Of a stretch of DNA of 54,113 bases, positions 51,770-54,113 are shown piece by piece. The notes beneath the pieces are model-generated. The model was not told the origin of the DNA, did no database searches, and saw only the letters and a list, made by a program, of their open reading frames with translations. The DNA comes from Basidiobolus meristosporus CBS 931.73 (lineage: Eukaryota > Fungi > Basidiobolomycota), in NCBI GenBank assembly GCA_002104905.1, contig MCFE01000604.1, positions 1-54,113 of the forward strand. Reading direction: 5' to 3'. Numbering within the stretch: position 1 is the stretch's first letter; every line of letters begins with the position of its first letter. The translations under genes were made by a program, and so were the position numbers.

Positions 51770-52188
51770 GATTCGATTGTTTTATTCGAGGTATTAAAAG
51801 CGTTCAACGGCACCCTCGCCTAACCCTTTGCTGATTTATATTCACCAAGTAAAAGCTAAGTTATAGCGCCAATGAAATTTACTCTATTCAGATGAACAAC
51901 CATAATCCCATCTACTTTCTAGTGAACTATCGTAGCTTGCAAGTAACTACAAAAAGCTGTGACCATCAAGTATAAATCGTATTGGCATTTGTCCAGATTC
52001 GAAAACGTGATCTAATATGGCTATCAAGAATAGCACAAGACAGACAAAGGCAAGGTATTGAGACGACAGCTCTTGTGAAATATTACTTTATTATTTAGTA
52101 CAGCTAGTGTCGGCAGATCTATAAGCTAAAGCAGAGTTCTTGATACTTCTCTGCAACAATACTAATTTCATATACAGCACAGTCCGGA

Positions 52189-52485
52189 CTAGTGACCATG
52201 GTGGCGGTCATCCCAGTGCTCGTCGTGGTCTCCATCCCAGTGACCGTCATGGTCCCCATCCCAATGATCATCGTGATCCCAGCCATCATGGTCACAGAAT
52301 GGTCCGGTGTGATCCTCCTCACGACAGACTGTCTCCTTGCCACACTTCGTCTCCACCCAGTCGTCGTTGACACAGCGGATAATGGTGCGGGCATCCTCGG
52401 ACGAGCACCGGCTTTCATTGTGGGTGCATCCAATCACCACCTGGCTGAGAAAGGCCAAAGCAATCAGTGCAACGTAGACTCTCAT
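52189..52485 (-). CDS. Small secreted CBM19-like protein S4 (98 aa), His/Asp/Trp repeat tail
   Basis: Start at ATG 52485 (MRVYVAL) by identity with S5; tail HDGWDHDDHWDGDHDGHWDGDHDEHWDDRHHGH; TATAAAT at 52557-52563 (minus). Confidence 0.9.
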   Translation of the reverse strand: MRVYVALIALAFLSQVVIGCTHNESRCSSEDARTIIRCVNDDWVETKCGKETVCREEDHTGPFCDHDGWDHDDHWDGDHDGHWDGDHDEHWDDRHHGH

Positions 52486-53174
52486 GATTTGGCTGTTGTA
52501 TTCGAAATATGGAAAGTAAGGCACTGATGGGTATCATTCAACGGCATCCTTGACTGATTTATATTCACCAGCTCACGCGATATGGGCTTCCGTTAAATTG
52601 TAGTGCCAATAGAACTCACTGAATACAAATGAATCGCATCGATCATCCTTACCCTGCTTTGATAGCCTAGACTCCTTAATTTTGCCAACTGACTGCTACT
52701 GCACACGCACTCGCCAATTTCCCCCGCCTGATGGATGTCTTGGAGAGACTCGAGTGGATAAAAGAGACCCTATGTCATTCGGCCTTGACGCATATTCCAG
52801 AAGCATACTGCATTTAGGTGATGTTGTGAAGACTGGTGTCATGTGACATAAAAAGTGGCTATCCGACTCGGGATTTCCTGGATAGCATCAGTCTACATTC
52901 CATTGAAGTTTATTTGATAAATGCCATACCTTCAGCTAAATATTATTGTGAAATATGCTTAGCACTTGGTATAACAACACGGCGTCATCAAGTATGTATC
53001 ACAACCACAATCCTCATGATTCAAACATGCGATTAGATGTTACAGGACAGACGAAGGTAAGGTGAATAAAGACAACAAATGATGTAGGAAGTGATTTATT
53101 GTTAAGTGCAATCAGCGACAGCAGGTCTTTAAACCAGTACAAAGCTCTTTATATCGTTCACAAAGTAATCCTGA

Positions 53175-53495
53175 CTAGTGATCACGGTGGCGGTCATCCC
53201 AGTGCTCGTCGCGGTCTCCATCCCAGTGACCGTCGTGATCCCCATCCCAGTGACCGTCATGATCCCCATCCCAATGATCATCGTGATCCCAGCCATCATG
53301 GTCGCAGAATGGCCCGGTGTGATCCTCCTCACGGCAGACTGTCTCCTTGCCACACTTCGTCTCCACCCAGTCATCATTGACACAGCGGATAATGGTGCGG
53401 TCATCCTCGGACGAGCACCGGCTTTCATTGTGAGTGCATCCAATCACCACCTGGCTGAGAAACGCCAAAGCAATCAGTGCAACGTAGACTCTCAT
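53175..53495 (-). CDS. Small secreted CBM19-like protein S5 (106 aa), His/Asp/Trp repeat tail
   Basis: Near-identical to S4 with one extra 24-bp/8-aa repeat; TATAAAT at 53567-53573 (minus). Confidence 0.9.
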   Translation of the reverse strand: MRVYVALIALAFLSQVVIGCTHNESRCSSEDDRTIIRCVNDDWVETKCGKETVCREEDHTGPFCDHDGWDHDDHWDGDHDGHWDGDHDGHWDGDRDEHWDDRHRDH

Positions 53496-54113
53496 GGTTT
53501 GGCTGTTGTATTTGAAGTATGGAGAGTAAGATACTGATGGGTATCATTCAACGGTATCCTTGACTGATTTATATTCACCAGCTCACGCGATATGGGCTTC
53601 CGTTAAAATGTAGTGCCAATAGAACTCACTGAATACAAATGAATCGCATCGATCATCCTTACCCTGCTTTAGTAGCCTAAACCCTGTAATTTTACTGACT
53701 AGCAGCTGCTACTACTACATACAAACACACAAATCCCCCGCATGGTGAATATCTTTGAGTGGCTCGAACAGATGAAGGAGACCTCATGTGGATCGACAAC
53801 AGTGCGTATACCAACCCCATACAGTATTTAAGTGATCTGGTGAAGGATGGTGTCAAGTGGCATCAAGTTATCTTGCATACCCCCCATTATACATTCTCTT
53901 GAACTATCTGCTGATTTTCAATGTCGTGAATGCCATTTTAGCAGTTACTACAAAAAGCTGTGGTGATCAAGCACGTACTGTAGCGGCAATTTCGAATTTC
54001 GAATATATGATCCTATATTGTTGTCGAGAATAGCTCAAACCAGGCAACGACAAATTACTGAGATAAGAACTATTATACGATATTATTTTATTATTAGGCA
54101 TTATCTGTGTCAT

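Larger units (their letters stand above)
52030..54030 (-). repeat. ~1.0-kb tandem duplication units containing S4 and S5
   Basis: ATGs are 1010 bp apart; 52486-52660 and 53496-53670 are near-identical; weaker matches at 51940-52030 and 53942-54030. Confidence 0.8.

Noticed and set aside
52189-53495. Repeat tails as fungal RiPP (KEP/dikaritin) precursor cores
   Set aside because: No KR/RR Kex2 sites between repeats and no DUF3328/UstY gene in the window.
49608-53495. Bacterial lipobox-like VIGC/VLAC (horizontally acquired lipoproteins), or an LPMO His-brace
   Set aside because: The Cys is the first of a six-Cys domain, S2 (AHAC) does not fit a lipobox, the context is eukaryotic, and the mature N-terminus is Cys rather than His.
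49590-53537. Antisense and alternative-frame ORFs over S1-S5 (e.g. 52192-52527, 53178-53537, 52119-52433)
   Set aside because: Shadows of low-complexity codon usage; no signal of their own, and promoter motifs fit the S genes.

Overview
Eukaryotic, most likely fungal, genomic DNA in two sharply separated compartments. (1) 1-~47,220 is a host-gene-free, CpG-depleted nest of transposons. It holds at least 7 internal-region copies plus a solo LTR of one Ty1/copia family (A), a full-length copy and a solo LTR of a second copia family (B), a Ty3/gypsy element and a solo LTR of a third LTR family (C). It also holds several relics of a CACTA/En-Spm-like (Tnp2) DNA transposon with CCCTA termini and a divergent second ORF, a probable KDZ (Kyakuja-Dileera-Zisupton) transposase relic and a 734-bp fold-back MITE. 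Several insertions can be ordered from target-site duplications (TSDs). (2) ~47,220-54,113 is CpG-rich and genic. It has an intact 8-exon monoacylglycerol-lipase-like alpha/beta hydrolase and an array of five intact genes plus one pseudogene for tiny secreted proteins: 19-aa signal peptide, 6-Cys CBM19-like domain, and a hypervariable Asp/Glu- or His/Asp/Trp-rich tail. This secreted family is the best candidate for an undescribed system. All calls were made by eye from the sequence and the ORF track with no database searches. Boundaries of degenerate relics are approximate.
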